Virus record (IMG/VR): IMGVR_UViG_3300028048_000100
Coordinates: 33,214 to 97,213 of that record
Source: a virus
Lineage: Duplodnaviria; Heunggongvirae; Uroviricota; Caudoviricetes
Length of the DNA: 64,000 nt
Direction: 5' to 3' (one strand)
Shown here: positions 54,133 through 63,999 of the stretch, piece after piece
Layout of the letters: every line of letters begins with the position of its first letter
How positions within the stretch are numbered: the stretch's first letter is position 1
Notes under the pieces: model-generated
Database searches by the model: none
What the model saw: the letters and a program-made list of their open reading frames with translations, nothing else
What the model was told of the DNA's origin: nothing
Position numbers and translations under genes: made by a program

Positions 54133-55206
54133 ATGGAAAATATATTACTTTTTTCGTTTACAACAAGCATCAGCGAGAACAAGAACTTGCAGATGGTATA
54201 TGATGATAACGGTATGCTGCATATCATCGGCCGCTTTGGTGGGATGGATGAACATTCCGAAGATGGTAAGGCGTGGATTGACTATCCGAGCTTCTATCAA
54301 TGCGCTGAGGACTTTAGAAAGCGTGCTCGTAAAGATGGGCTTATTGGGATACCCGGAGAGTTAGAACATCCAGTGGGTGTTGATCGAGATAAAATCACCC
54401 TTGAAAATATATCACACAAGATCGTAGACTTAGTCGTATCTGACTGTGGTGATGTCACTGGTGAGATTGTCATATTGGATACTCCTAAGGGTCGAATTGC
54501 AAAAGCTATCATAGACGAGGGATTACCTCTGTACATCTCATTAAGGGCAGAGTGCAACGTCCAATGGGATAGTATGCAGATCCCAAGGATCAACCTAATT
54601 AAGTTCATCACATTTGACTTAGCGAGTCAAACAAGTCTGGCATTATATGAAAAACCAGAAGCGACTATTGCAGAAACAAATAAACAAAATACTAGTATGA
54701 ATAAGGAAAAACCAACAAAACGCAACAAGAAGTACGAAAGCCTGAACGGCAAGTACAAAGTTGACCAGAAGAAGCGTGCTGTCGTTTACTTCATCGTATC
54801 TAAGGGTGAGGTTATTGCCGGTGTAGCAAAGTGTAACGAAGGTGAAGTGTTTGATCTTGAACTCGGCCGTCAGATCGCATATCGTCGTGCTCACTACAAT
54901 CAACGTGAACGTGATCTATTCTTGCTCCGCATGTTTATCGATGACATGAAGAGTTCAATCGACGCATTCAAAGACGCTCATTTGCTTTACTGTAAGCACT
55001 ATGAGATTGCTCTACAACGTGCTGCTGAAGAAGAGAAGCTGCAGCTCGCTATGATGCGCGATCTTCGTCGCGAGATTGATGAGTTGATCAAGTATGGGCA
55101 TGTACTCACAGAGGCGGAGCGTGAAGCGTTAAATCCTGGCGAGGGTGCCATCTCATGCGGCATCAAGAGAGAAGTCCGTGAGGATGTTAAAGAAGAGGAA
55201 AAGTAA
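54133..55206 (+). CDS. hypothetical protein (357 aa)
   Basis: Long ORF. Coiled-coil-like C-terminus. Confidence 0.55.
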   Translation: MENILLFSFTTSISENKNLQMVYDDNGMLHIIGRFGGMDEHSEDGKAWIDYPSFYQCAEDFRKRARKDGLIGIPGELEHPVGVDRDKITLENISHKIVDLVVSDCGDVTGEIVILDTPKGRIAKAIIDEGLPLYISLRAECNVQWDSMQIPRINLIKFITFDLASQTSLALYEKPEATIAETNKQNTSMNKEKPTKRNKKYESLNGKYKVDQKKRAVVYFIVSKGEVIAGVAKCNEGEVFDLELGRQIAYRRAHYNQRERDLFLLRMFIDDMKSSIDAFKDAHLLYCKHYEIALQRAAEEEKLQLAMMRDLRREIDELIKYGHVLTEAEREALNPGEGAISCGIKREVREDVKEEEK

Positions 55207-55238
55207 TTTGCCTATTCGATAAAAAGAGAGGGAAGATC

Positions 55239-55272
55239 ACTAAAGATTTTCCCTTTCTTTGTATATAGATAT
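55239..55272 (+). promoter_or_regulatory. conserved phage promoter-like motif (plus-strand copy)
   Basis: GGGAAGATCACTAAAGATTTTccctttctttGTATATAGATAT. Confidence 0.55.
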
Positions 55273-55291
55273 AGAACCAAATAATTTGCAT

Positions 55292-55669
55292 ATGAATAAC
55301 AAACCGTTTAAAAAAGGTGAACTCGTTATCACTTATTCAGGTGATCGGAGAGAGATTCAAGTTGAGCACAAGGTCGTCACCAGTGTCGGTGAGAAGTATG
55401 TCACCGTCATGAGTGTTGATTCTGCAGGCAAGCCTTGGGGCCGTAAGGAACAGTATAGCGTAATCACGCGATATTTAAAAGACTACCAGTCTCGTCAATT
55501 GTTTCATGATGAGCAAGAACTTCAAGAAGATCTCAAAGAGAAAGAATTAGTAACTAAGTTCCACCGTTTGGCTGACGTGTATGGTTTCAATCGGGAAGAG
55601 ATCAAGCTTTTCATGGAAATCCATGAGGCTGGTATTGAGAACTGGAAAAACGAGCACTATAAAGCATAA
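55292..55669 (+). CDS. hypothetical protein
   Basis: The start is set at MNNKPFKKG. The track's earlier Met (55259) reads through the promoter motif. Confidence 0.5.
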   Translation: MNNKPFKKGELVITYSGDRREIQVEHKVVTSVGEKYVTVMSVDSAGKPWGRKEQYSVITRYLKDYQSRQLFHDEQELQEDLKEKELVTKFHRLADVYGFNREEIKLFMEIHEAGIENWKNEHYKA

Positions 55670-55693
55670 TGTATATGAAAAAGCTCAAATAAT

Positions 55694-55727
55694 CCTAAAG
55701 ATTTCTAAAATCATCGTATATAGACAT
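55694..55727 (+). promoter_or_regulatory. conserved phage promoter-like motif (variant)
   Basis: CCTAAAGATTTCtaaaatcatcGTATATAGACAT. Confidence 0.45.
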
Positions 55728-55748
55728 GTAACATTAAATATATTACTT

Positions 55749-55967
55749 ATGTACAGCGTTAAAAATTGCCCAAATTGGGTTCACAATCACAAGTACGCAG
55801 TCATTAGGGACTGTAGGAATGAGCAAGCACCAAACAACGGATTCTGGTTTTATGGGTCGTATGACAGTTTGATCACCGCTCAAGAGGCACTTAACGAGAT
55901 CGGCAATGGTGTCATCGTCGAGTCGAAAGAGGTTGAGATGATCCCTCCGTACAACAATTTTGGATAA
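55749..55967 (+). CDS. small hypothetical protein (72 aa)
   Basis: ATG ~20 nt downstream of the promoter motif: MYSVKNCPNWVH…. Confidence 0.45.
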   Translation: MYSVKNCPNWVHNHKYAVIRDCRNEQAPNNGFWFYGSYDSLITAQEALNEIGNGVIVESKEVEMIPPYNNFG

Positions 55968-55995
55968 CATTTCAAACAAATAAACAATATCAAAA

Positions 55996-56265
55996 ATGGA
56001 AAAAGCATTCATTTACACAGTAGTAATTATCCTACTGTTGGCAGTAGTAGCCGCTTTTAGTTTTGGCCTTGGCGCCCTTGTAATGGTTCTTTGGAACTGG
56101 CTAGTACCGGCAATCTTTGGCCTCGGAACGATTACCTTCTGGCAGGGTTGGGGTCTGTTAGTCCTTACTAGCCTGTTGTTCCGCTCTCGCATGGGCGATA
56201 GTGTTAACAATTCTTGGAAAGAAACCAAGGAGAATCTCAAACGCGAGCTTAACATGAAGAAGTAA
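55996..56265 (+). CDS. small membrane protein (2 TM)
   Basis: The sequence is hydrophobic throughout (VVIILLLAVVAAFSFGLGALVMVLW…), consistent with two transmembrane segments. Confidence 0.5.
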   Translation: MEKAFIYTVVIILLLAVVAAFSFGLGALVMVLWNWLVPAIFGLGTITFWQGWGLLVLTSLLFRSRMGDSVNNSWKETKENLKRELNMKK

Positions 56266-56266
56266 C

Positions 56267-56482
56267 ATGAGAGACAGTTTAACAATAGGGTTGCTTGTCA
56301 TGTTCTGCCTATTGGGTGTAGCAAATCTCTATATGGGTTTCTACAATCAGCACAACTTCAATGAGCACGTTGCAGAACATGACAGTATCATGATCCAACA
56401 AAAGATCCACCCACAGGAATTGCGTGTGACTATTAACTACGTCTATCCACATGACACAGCAACTATTCAGAAAAGCAAGTAA
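56267..56482 (+). CDS. small membrane protein (N-terminal TM)
   Basis: N-terminal hydrophobic segment LTIGLLVMFCLLGVANLYMGF. Confidence 0.4.
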   Translation: MRDSLTIGLLVMFCLLGVANLYMGFYNQHNFNEHVAEHDSIMIQQKIHPQELRVTINYVYPHDTATIQKSK

Positions 56483-56686
56483 GACCGCCACTACTGGCAT
56501 ATGGTTTGCAAGAGTCAATCAAGACCTTAGAGACTTTTGTCCTCGGGCATATGGAAATGGATTCCGTGCGCGTCGTGAGCAGTTCCGAGGTTTTGCAATT
56601 CAAACTCTAGCCGTAAATGCTTTCGGATATTCACTGCAGGTGTGGTTTGAAGTAAAGTAGGCACAAAAAAACCACTATATTAAATC

Positions 56687-57037
56687 ATGTTTAACTTATC
56701 ATTACATTTAATCGGTTTGTATGGGGGTATCGTGCTGTATCTGATCAGCATCCTCATGTTCGAATCGTTCAAACCGAGGATCGTGAATCTAATCTTCTTC
56801 GGATTGGCATGTGTTCCAGGTTTCGGTTTGATCTTTATGACGGGCATTTTGCTATGGCAAATATTCGGTCATGATAGGCAACCATATCTGATAGACATGG
56901 ATGAACGATGTTTCTGCGACATCATAGTCCGGAGAAACAAATTAAATCGATGGCTGTTCAACGACATCGATTGGAAACACTGGGATAATGTAATCGCCCA
57001 GCAAAAAGAAACCGTTGAAAAATCCAAACAGTTATAA
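56687..57037 (+). CDS. membrane protein (116 aa)
   Basis: Three hydrophobic segments. Confidence 0.5.
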   Translation: MFNLSLHLIGLYGGIVLYLISILMFESFKPRIVNLIFFGLACVPGFGLIFMTGILLWQIFGHDRQPYLIDMDERCFCDIIVRRNKLNRWLFNDIDWKHWDNVIAQQKETVEKSKQL

Positions 57038-57055
57038 ACCCAAACAAAAATCAAA

Positions 57056-57889
57056 ATGGAAACAAGACATTATTTGACATTGGCGATTATCGCCTTCGTA
57101 ATCATCCTCGTTCCGACGACTATGTGTCGCTGCACGCGAGTTGATTCGTCGGAAGTTGGAATCAAGTTCAACAAACTGTCACTGACTGATCAGGGCAAGC
57201 TCGACGCAACCACGGTATCCGGCTATGTATTCTACAACCCGATCACAACCGACGTGTACACCTATGAGACGTATATGCGCTCCGTGGATTACAAACCTTT
57301 CCGTGTGAAAACGAAAGACGGAACAGAGTTTACGATGGATCCTATGCTCAACTACAACCTCGAACGTGAACGTGCTATTGATGTATTCGCGAAATTCCGC
57401 CGCCCGTTAGAGCATATTGAAGCCACATATATCCGAAATGCTATCTATGACGCATACCGCATCCACGCCAATAAGTATACCGCCGATGAGTTGATGGCTA
57501 ACCAAGCTAAATTCGAAGCAGAAGTTAAAGAAGCACTCGATTCAGTTCTCGGTACAGAGGGATTCTATGTCGCACAGTTTACCTCGCTGATTGATCCGCC
57601 TGAGAGTTTGAAAAAGACTATCAATGAGAAGAACCAAGCAGTACAGTCCGCGTTGAAAGCCGATAATGAAGTCAAAAAGGCAGAAGCCGAGGCCAAGATT
57701 GCAGTTGCCAAGGCAGAAGGAGATGCTCGAGCCATGCGTGTGAGAGCCGATGCAGAGGCTTACTACAATCGCACGATCTCCGCATCACTATCCGAGCGTA
57801 TCGTCCAGGAGGATTGGATCGAAAAGTGGGATGGACATCTACCACAGGTTTCAGGAGGCAATACGCCACTGATCTCAATCCCGAAGTAA
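57056..57889 (+). CDS. SPFH/band-7 (prohibitin/HflC-like) membrane protein
   Basis: N-terminal TM helix followed by an SPFH-type region with an Ala/Glu-rich coiled-coil: 'KKAEAEAKIAVAKAEGDARAMRVRADAEAYY'. Confidence 0.6.
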   Translation: METRHYLTLAIIAFVIILVPTTMCRCTRVDSSEVGIKFNKLSLTDQGKLDATTVSGYVFYNPITTDVYTYETYMRSVDYKPFRVKTKDGTEFTMDPMLNYNLERERAIDVFAKFRRPLEHIEATYIRNAIYDAYRIHANKYTADELMANQAKFEAEVKEALDSVLGTEGFYVAQFTSLIDPPESLKKTINEKNQAVQSALKADNEVKKAEAEAKIAVAKAEGDARAMRVRADAEAYYNRTISASLSERIVQEDWIEKWDGHLPQVSGGNTPLISIPK

Positions 57890-57913
57890 CAACTATATAC
57901 ATATGCAAAAGGT

Positions 57914-58102
57914 TTGGTCAGACATCGTCGTGAGATGAGGTCTGACTTTCTTTATTATATAAACATGATAGGTGAAACACAAATAGAATCCAAGCACTTA
58001 GGTACACTGTATGAGAAACAGGATAAGTCAAATCCCCACACATTTGATCTAGGTAAACTATCTCATAGTGGACGTCACATACATGATATAACAGAAGAGT
58101 GA
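57914..58102 (+). CDS. small hypothetical protein (62 aa)
   Basis: ORF overlapping the helicase start by 4 nt. Confidence 0.3.
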   Translation: MVRHRREMRSDFLYYINMIGETQIESKHLGTLYEKQDKSNPHTFDLGKLSHSGRHIHDITEE

Positions 58103-59844
58103 GGGCTAAATCAGCTCTACTATTTTTGTATATTATCTATATGATACATATCAAATACAATCCAAACGATAAGCGATATATCTTCTTATATGGGGACGAC
58201 ACCGAGCTCAAAGCTCTCGAGTCGTACCTAAATAAGATCCCCCAATATATGTTCCTACCGAGCTTTGCCGGTATACCAAAGCCGGAAGTGTTCCTGTTCA
58301 AGTTCAAGAAAGATGGACGGGTTATATACTATACTTATGCGGGTTTATGGAAACAGGTGGTGGATTGGTGTAATGATAATAACGTAGCACATGACGATCT
58401 AGACGGAGTATTTAAGTATACTGAGTTTAGCATGTCACTTGATGAGTTTGCACAACACGTGGCTACCTGGAATCTTAACATTGACCCTCGCGGATATCAA
58501 GTTCGTGCTGCGTGGCTGATTCTTAAGTACCGAGTTTCTCTATCCCAACTAGCCACGCGTGCCGGTAAGACTCTCATCGCGTATATGGTCTTTCGTTATA
58601 TGCTTGAGAACGGAGGGGCCCATAGCGTATTGATGATAGTACCAAACACAACTCTCGTCAAGCAGGCTGTTAAGGACATGGCTGAATATAAGGAGTTCTT
58701 CAAGACGGAAACTGTGTGGGCTGGAGGAGAATTGTGTATAGGTTCAAACCTGACTGTTGGAACCTTTCAATCATTAGTTAAACGTTGCGATCGCAAATCA
58801 TCTAAGTACGACCCGAAGTTCTTCAATAAGTTCGATGTGATATGCTGCGATGAGGCGCACACAAGTAAGTGCGCATCCATCAAGACTATCTTATCACAAG
58901 ACTTCATCAAAACTGTTAAGCTCCGTTTTGGTTTCTCTGGGTCCTTACCTCCCAAGAATACCATTGAATCATTCACCACACAATCGCTACTCGGACCAAT
59001 GATTCAAGACATCCGTTCTAAAGAGTTGATGGATGAAGGATTCATTACACCTGTTGAGATACATCAGGTCCGTATCAATTATGATTGGACGCCGGAACTC
59101 AAACGACTCTATCTGAGATGCGGTGAATACCTATGCAGCACCCCGAAGATTGAGTACTATACCAACAAGAAGGGCAATTTAAAAAAGCGCAACAAACAAC
59201 TACCAAAGGATCGGCAGGAGTTCACTATGAAAGAGGAGCGTGAGCTGCCATTCACCCTGCGTAAGATCAAGCCGTTATATAATGACGATGAATACATATC
59301 ATATTTGATTGACTTGTGTAAGGCTCGCGGTTCGAATCTGTTGTTATTAGAGCAGATGATAGTCCACCGCAGCCAGAAGCGTGTCGATATTATGGATGAC
59401 CTCATTGCAAGTTTTGAAAAGAACTGTGTTGTATTTGGTCATCATACTGAATACTTAGTGTATCTATATAACCACTTCAAGCAGAAGTTCCCAGATCGAA
59501 ACGTGTATATAATTGTAGGTAATACTACAGTTAAAGCACGTGAGAAAGTGATCGATGCACTTGTTAAGGATAAGGACGCCATCTTGGTGGCTAGCTACGG
59601 TTGCGTTGGAACTGGATTGACCCTAAAGAACTTGGATTATGGCATCTTAACTCAATCGTTTAAGTCTGGCGTTATCAACAAACAATCTATAGGTCGTGGA
59701 CTGTGTCTTGCCAATGACAAAGACAAATACCGATTGTATGACCTTATCGACGTGCTTCCAACGAAACGATTGTATACACAGGGCCTAGCAAAGATACGAC
59801 TCTATAAAGAAGAAGAGTTTGAATACTACATACATGAAAAATAA
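58099..59844 (+). CDS. SF2 DEAD/DEAH-box helicase
   Basis: Walker A 'LATRAGKTLIA', DEAH 'VICCDEAHT' and a C-terminal 'VASYGCVGTGLT' motif. Confidence 0.7.
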   Translation: MRAKSALLFLYIIYMIHIKYNPNDKRYIFLYGDDTELKALESYLNKIPQYMFLPSFAGIPKPEVFLFKFKKDGRVIYYTYAGLWKQVVDWCNDNNVAHDDLDGVFKYTEFSMSLDEFAQHVATWNLNIDPRGYQVRAAWLILKYRVSLSQLATRAGKTLIAYMVFRYMLENGGAHSVLMIVPNTTLVKQAVKDMAEYKEFFKTETVWAGGELCIGSNLTVGTFQSLVKRCDRKSSKYDPKFFNKFDVICCDEAHTSKCASIKTILSQDFIKTVKLRFGFSGSLPPKNTIESFTTQSLLGPMIQDIRSKELMDEGFITPVEIHQVRINYDWTPELKRLYLRCGEYLCSTPKIEYYTNKKGNLKKRNKQLPKDRQEFTMKEERELPFTLRKIKPLYNDDEYISYLIDLCKARGSNLLLLEQMIVHRSQKRVDIMDDLIASFEKNCVVFGHHTEYLVYLYNHFKQKFPDRNVYIIVGNTTVKAREKVIDALVKDKDAILVASYGCVGTGLTLKNLDYGILTQSFKSGVINKQSIGRGLCLANDKDKYRLYDLIDVLPTKRLYTQGLAKIRLYKEEEFEYYIHEK

Positions 59845-59870
59845 AAGAGGACCGATAAGTCCTCTTTTGT
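59844..59870. terminator. bidirectional rho-independent terminator
   Basis: aaagaggac-cgataa-gtcctcttt followed by tgttgtt. Confidence 0.65.
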
Positions 59871-59872
59871 TG

Positions 59873-60973
59873 TTATACGCCGTACTCTTTGAATTTCGCA
59901 TCGAGCTTTGCAAATAGCGCTCTCAATTGGCGCTCCGTACTGTTACGACGTTCTAGGTAGTCCTTAACGCCTAGACCGAAGTTATATCCGCTACGCTTTT
60001 GCGCTTTGATCATGTCAACAGTTTCTTCGATGTAGCTATTGTATAGTCTTAACAAGCCGCCGTTTACCCAAGCTGCATCTGAGTGCTTTGATGACTTAGC
60101 CTCACCATTGATGAGTTTGTTGAGATCGTAGAAACTAACATACTTGCTACTATCGTTTCCAGCCTGTGTCATGACACTTTGCATGAACTTCATATAGCGA
60201 TCCATGTACTCTCTCATGAGTTTGTCGATCTCCTCTGTGCTAGAATCATTAAACTTGCGATTGGCGATGATCTCCCTGTATCGCTTGATGTTTTCCTTAG
60301 CGTTATTTCGGCAGTATGTATAGAACTCACCAAGTGTCTTCCAATCATCAGTCAAATCAACGCCTCCGGCACGTTTACCAAGCTCGCCTTGAATACGTTT
60401 GAGAGCGCGGTCCTGTGCATCTGGAGTAGGAATCATACCTTCTCTGTCTCTTCTGCGTTGGTTCTGTACAGTGCGGTTATCATTTTCAGCCAGGTTGATG
60501 ACATATAATGTATCGCATCCTCTAATAAGATCATCAATCGCCTTTTTACCATCCTCTTGCTCCAACTTCTTCTTGTTAGTACAGCGGTACACGCGGTCCC
60601 AAGATGAGGTGTAGATAAGATGGAGCTCGTCGTTGAGATAACCAAAGATATATACATAGCCGAGAGGCACTTCGTGTTTCTTATGGTTTAAGCCGGCATA
60701 CACCTCTTTGCCTGCACGTTTAGCACGAATCATACTCAACACTACGTCGATGTCTTTGTTCTGGCTATTTTCGTCACCGGTGACACGTTTCTTTACCATG
60801 GTGATATCATCGTCTTCGATCTTATCCCACATGGCGTTATCCATATGTGTATCCTTGCAAAAATTAGAAAAATTACTTGCAAACGGAAGACAGTCATTGG
60901 CAAACATTCTAACGAGTTTACTTTCAAATGACTCGTTAATCATCGCTTCATATATTTCAAATAAACTTCTCAT
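59873..60973 (-). CDS. leader-family protein, divergent MRSL subgroup
   Basis: The internal Met gives MRSLFEIYEAMINE, which parallels 61362-61943. With this start the ATG forms an ATGA overlap with the stop of 60970-61365. The track ORF extends to 61009. Confidence 0.55.
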   Translation of the reverse strand: MRSLFEIYEAMINESFESKLVRMFANDCLPFASNFSNFCKDTHMDNAMWDKIEDDDITMVKKRVTGDENSQNKDIDVVLSMIRAKRAGKEVYAGLNHKKHEVPLGYVYIFGYLNDELHLIYTSSWDRVYRCTNKKKLEQEDGKKAIDDLIRGCDTLYVINLAENDNRTVQNQRRRDREGMIPTPDAQDRALKRIQGELGKRAGGVDLTDDWKTLGEFYTYCRNNAKENIKRYREIIANRKFNDSSTEEIDKLMREYMDRYMKFMQSVMTQAGNDSSKYVSFYDLNKLINGEAKSSKHSDAAWVNGGLLRLYNSYIEETVDMIKAQKRSGYNFGLGVKDYLERRNSTERQLRALFAKLDAKFKEYGV

Positions 60974-61365
60974 AAGTCTTTTTTGTGTATTCCTAAATAA
61001 AGGGTCCATACGTCATCTGGCACATCCACGTCCAGGCGGATTACATAACTATCCTTGATAGAATCTACGATATGCTGCATATCCTTGAGGTACTCATGCC
61101 ATTCACCACTACCATTCAATCCACCATATATCTTAGCTATATAGTGGTCATCCCGACCTTCTACCATGTACACTGTTACAAGTGCTAGATTAGACTTGTT
61201 TTTGAACTCTAATTTTGCTTTAAGCTTGTCATCGAGATCGTGGGTTTCTTTCCACTTCTCACCGAATTGCTCATAGTGCTTCTTGAGTTCGTCTTCGTCC
61301 TCATGTACCTGCACCTTAAGGTTGGACATGATATAGCTATGCATTAGAAAGTTCTGAAGTGTCAT
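60970..61365 (-). CDS. hypothetical protein (131 aa)
   Basis: ORF with ATGA coupling on both sides. Confidence 0.55.
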   Translation of the reverse strand: MTLQNFLMHSYIMSNLKVQVHEDEDELKKHYEQFGEKWKETHDLDDKLKAKLEFKNKSNLALVTVYMVEGRDDHYIAKIYGGLNGSGEWHEYLKDMQHIVDSIKDSYVIRLDVDVPDDVWTLYLGIHKKDL

Positions 61366-61943
61366 AGTATAACGATTTTACTTTTTGGAGTGCCAGAGAA
61401 GCGTGATACAATCTTTTCGTCAATTTTCATGCCGTCACACTCTTTGATCTTGATATACTTAGCTTTTGGCATACCCTTAAGGGACTTGATAGTACAATTC
61501 CTAATTATTAGGCCGCAGCACTCTTTAACATCACAGTCGCTAAAGTCAAGACCCTTACTATATTCAATAGTTATGTTATTCTTAGGCATATTAGTTGGCA
61601 GACCGCGTACAGATGTTATCTCTTGACCGCATAAGACGAAGGCTAAACGCTCATCATCGGGATCTGCAAATTTTATGAAGCTTGGCAAGTTCTCCTTAAA
61701 GATATCAACTGTATGGTCTCCGGAGAATGCATTAGCTGATCTGATTCGTATCTTGCCGTTTACAATTTCAAAATTACGCGCGTCATTAGAACCATCTCGA
61801 ACTGAATAATCATACAGATCATGGCAATGGTCTTTAAACCATGCGTTTACGTTGACAGCAGTAGCTAAATCTTGTGCAGTCTTATCCAGAACGTCATTAT
61901 CGTCCATATGTATAGCCTCATATATGTCTAATAAAGATCTCAT
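61362..61943 (-). CDS. leader-family protein, divergent MRSL subgroup
   Basis: N-term MRSLLDIYEAIHMDDNDVLDKT aligns with MRTLWEAIQDNDDKVLD. Confidence 0.6.
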   Translation of the reverse strand: MRSLLDIYEAIHMDDNDVLDKTAQDLATAVNVNAWFKDHCHDLYDYSVRDGSNDARNFEIVNGKIRIRSANAFSGDHTVDIFKENLPSFIKFADPDDERLAFVLCGQEITSVRGLPTNMPKNNITIEYSKGLDFSDCDVKECCGLIIRNCTIKSLKGMPKAKYIKIKECDGMKIDEKIVSRFSGTPKSKIVIL

Positions 61944-61994
61944 ATCTAAATAATAAGCCAGTTTTGATTATATTGTTATATAAACACAGCTAAT

Positions 61995-62786
61995 ATGGTT
62001 AAAGATATTGTAGCATTTGACGTAGAAACCACAGGTTTAAATCCTCAGAAGGATTTCATCATTCAGCTTGTTCTCAAAAAGTTGACGGGTGATACTCTGG
62101 AGGTTAAGGAAACCAGGCAGTGGTATATCGAGCCAATTCACGCTTATGAAATCACTCCTCAAGCTCAGGAAAAACATGGTATAACCAAAGAGTTCTTGAA
62201 GAAGAATGGCGTGCCTCTCAAAAGTATCGCTCAAGAAATCCTGGACTTCTTTGATGGTTGTGACATTCTGACATTCAATGGTAACACATTTGACGTTAAC
62301 TTCTTGTATTCAAATCTCAAGCAGATTGAATATGAGTTCGATATCAACAACCGCATTTTCTATGATGCATTCCTAATGTACAAGAAACTGCACCCCTCTA
62401 CTCTGGAGGCATTGTATCTGCACTATACTGGTAATATCTTGGACGGTGCACATAATGCGTTCAACGATGTAGACGCCACTATCGAAGTATTCAAGCACTT
62501 ACATCAAGGTCCAGGCGATAGATGGGAAGGTCTCACCCGTGCTGATATGGATAAGATGGAGGAGAACTACATCGATTCACCAGAGCGCTCCGTATGTTAT
62601 AAGCCAGGCATCAACCCAGATGAGAAGATCATCGTGTTCGCTACCGGCAAGCACAAAGACGAAGAGTTCATGAAAGTATGCAAACAGGATCCATCTTACA
62701 TCAAGTGGTTCATGGACAATGTGGCATCGGAGTTCACAAAGAACATGCTTCGCGTCTACTATAACAAACATAGGTCTAAATCCTAG
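61995..62786 (+). CDS. DnaQ-like 3'-5' exonuclease (DEDDh)
   Basis: Exo I 'VAFDVETTGL' and Exo III 'HNAFNDVDAT' motifs. Confidence 0.7.
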   Translation: MVKDIVAFDVETTGLNPQKDFIIQLVLKKLTGDTLEVKETRQWYIEPIHAYEITPQAQEKHGITKEFLKKNGVPLKSIAQEILDFFDGCDILTFNGNTFDVNFLYSNLKQIEYEFDINNRIFYDAFLMYKKLHPSTLEALYLHYTGNILDGAHNAFNDVDATIEVFKHLHQGPGDRWEGLTRADMDKMEENYIDSPERSVCYKPGINPDEKIIVFATGKHKDEEFMKVCKQDPSYIKWFMDNVASEFTKNMLRVYYNKHRSKS

Positions 62787-62844
62787 GCCTATTTTTGCTA
62801 TGTTAATACATCAAGAGATTGTTTAACTTCTAATTATAATCTAG

Positions 62845-63999
62845 ATGAAAGAAAAAAATCGGAGAAATCCAAAGAAACAAAAACAGGAACAAGAAGAAAA
62901 GCGCGTCAATATAGAACGCCGTCAAGTTGCTGTTATTGCAAAATCCAAAAACCTTAAGAGTACGTTTGATTTCGAATGGCCTGAGTGGACTAAGGAAACC
63001 GACCGTATCAAAGCCAATACCAAGCGCTATGCAGACATGCCGATTGCAGAAGTATTCGGTGTCAAGGCTGATCAAGTGCCAGGTTATCAAGAAACCCCGC
63101 GCGAACTGCATGTCGGTGAGATTATCAAAGTCGACATCGACAACGTGGCAACAAGCAAGCTGAGTGGCTGTGCAACCAAGCAGATCCTCTTATCGGCAGT
63201 CAATCTCGGTAAGTATAAGATCATGCAGGAGGTTAGCAATACTCATCCGCTGTTGCTCAAGAATCTCGATGCAGAAGTTGTACGTGCTAACCGCGAGACA
63301 GTATATGTCGATGTTATCAAGCCGATGTTTGACGGATGGCTGCAGCCGATCCTTAAAGATCCGGATGTGCAACGCAACGTTAAGCTCGCTCAGACGATCA
63401 AAGTTAAGAATCTCCAGCTGACTCGTGGTGGATTTATCGGCCAGGCAGTTATTCCGGTAGTTTCTGCATTCGTAGGACAGGAGTATACTGTAGAAGCATT
63501 CATTCCGGGTTCACAAATCGTATTGAATATCGAATCCGACTTCGAACAATGGGTTGGACAGGATGTGGAAGCATTTGTTACCAACTACATTCCGAAACCG
63601 GGTGAGCGCGAAAAGATGTCTCTTGTATGTTCTCGTAAGGACTATCTGAAGCTCCAGGGAGACAAGAACATCATCAAGCTGTTCGGTATGTACTGCGACA
63701 ATGATGATAAGTGGACTAAGGAAACGGAGAAGAAGCACCTCGGCTTGGTAACTGGTATCATCAACAGCTCGAAGAAGTGTGGTGTATTCGTTGAGATTCC
63801 AAGTCTGTCTATCACAGGTATGATCGAGATGCCGCCTGCCAACCTTTGCGATTTCAAACCGGGCGATGAGGTGCGCGTTAACATCGTAGATTTCGAAGAG
63901 AATACGTACTTCGACCCAGTAGTAAAACAATACGTCCACGACGCTCCATATGAGATCGAAGACGGAGTATTGCGAAGCTGCAATATCAAACCAATTTTA
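62845..63999 (+). CDS. S1-like RNA-binding domain protein (partial, continues past the window end)
   Basis: The track missed this ORF because no stop falls inside the window; the frame from ATG 62845 is open to the end. It has two S1-like segments: 'GGFIGQAVIPVVSAFVGQEYTVEAFIPGSQIVLNIE' and 'TGIINSSKKCGVFVEIPSLSITGMIEMP'. Confidence 0.55.
   Translation, partial: MKEKNRRNPKKQKQEQEEKRVNIERRQVAVIAKSKNLKSTFDFEWPEWTKETDRIKANTKRYADMPIAEVFGVKADQVPGYQETPRELHVGEIIKVDIDNVATSKLSGCATKQILLSAVNLGKYKIMQEVSNTHPLLLKNLDAEVVRANRETVYVDVIKPMFDGWLQPILKDPDVQRNVKLAQTIKVKNLQLTRGGFIGQAVIPVVSAFVGQEYTVEAFIPGSQIVLNIESDFEQWVGQDVEAFVTNYIPKPGEREKMSLVCSRKDYLKLQGDKNIIKLFGMYCDNDDKWTKETEKKHLGLVTGIINSSKKCGVFVEIPSLSITGMIEMPPANLCDFKPGDEVRVNIVDFEENTYFDPVVKQYVHDAPYEIEDGVLRSCNIKPIL

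Noticed and set aside
56451-56660. 69-aa plus-strand ORF overlapping the end of 56267-56482.
   Set aside because: It sits out of frame in a short gap, has no coupling or promoter signal, and its composition is Arg-rich and atypical. Probably non-coding, though a small basic protein cannot be excluded.
62830-63989. Four minus-strand ORFs in the track (62830-63111, 63190-63372, 63390-63584, 63511-63939, 63642-63989).
   Set aside because: All of them overlap a single long plus-strand frame that is open from ATG 62845 to the window end and encodes S1-like motifs. The track missed it only because it has no stop inside the window. The minus-strand ORFs are antisense artefacts.
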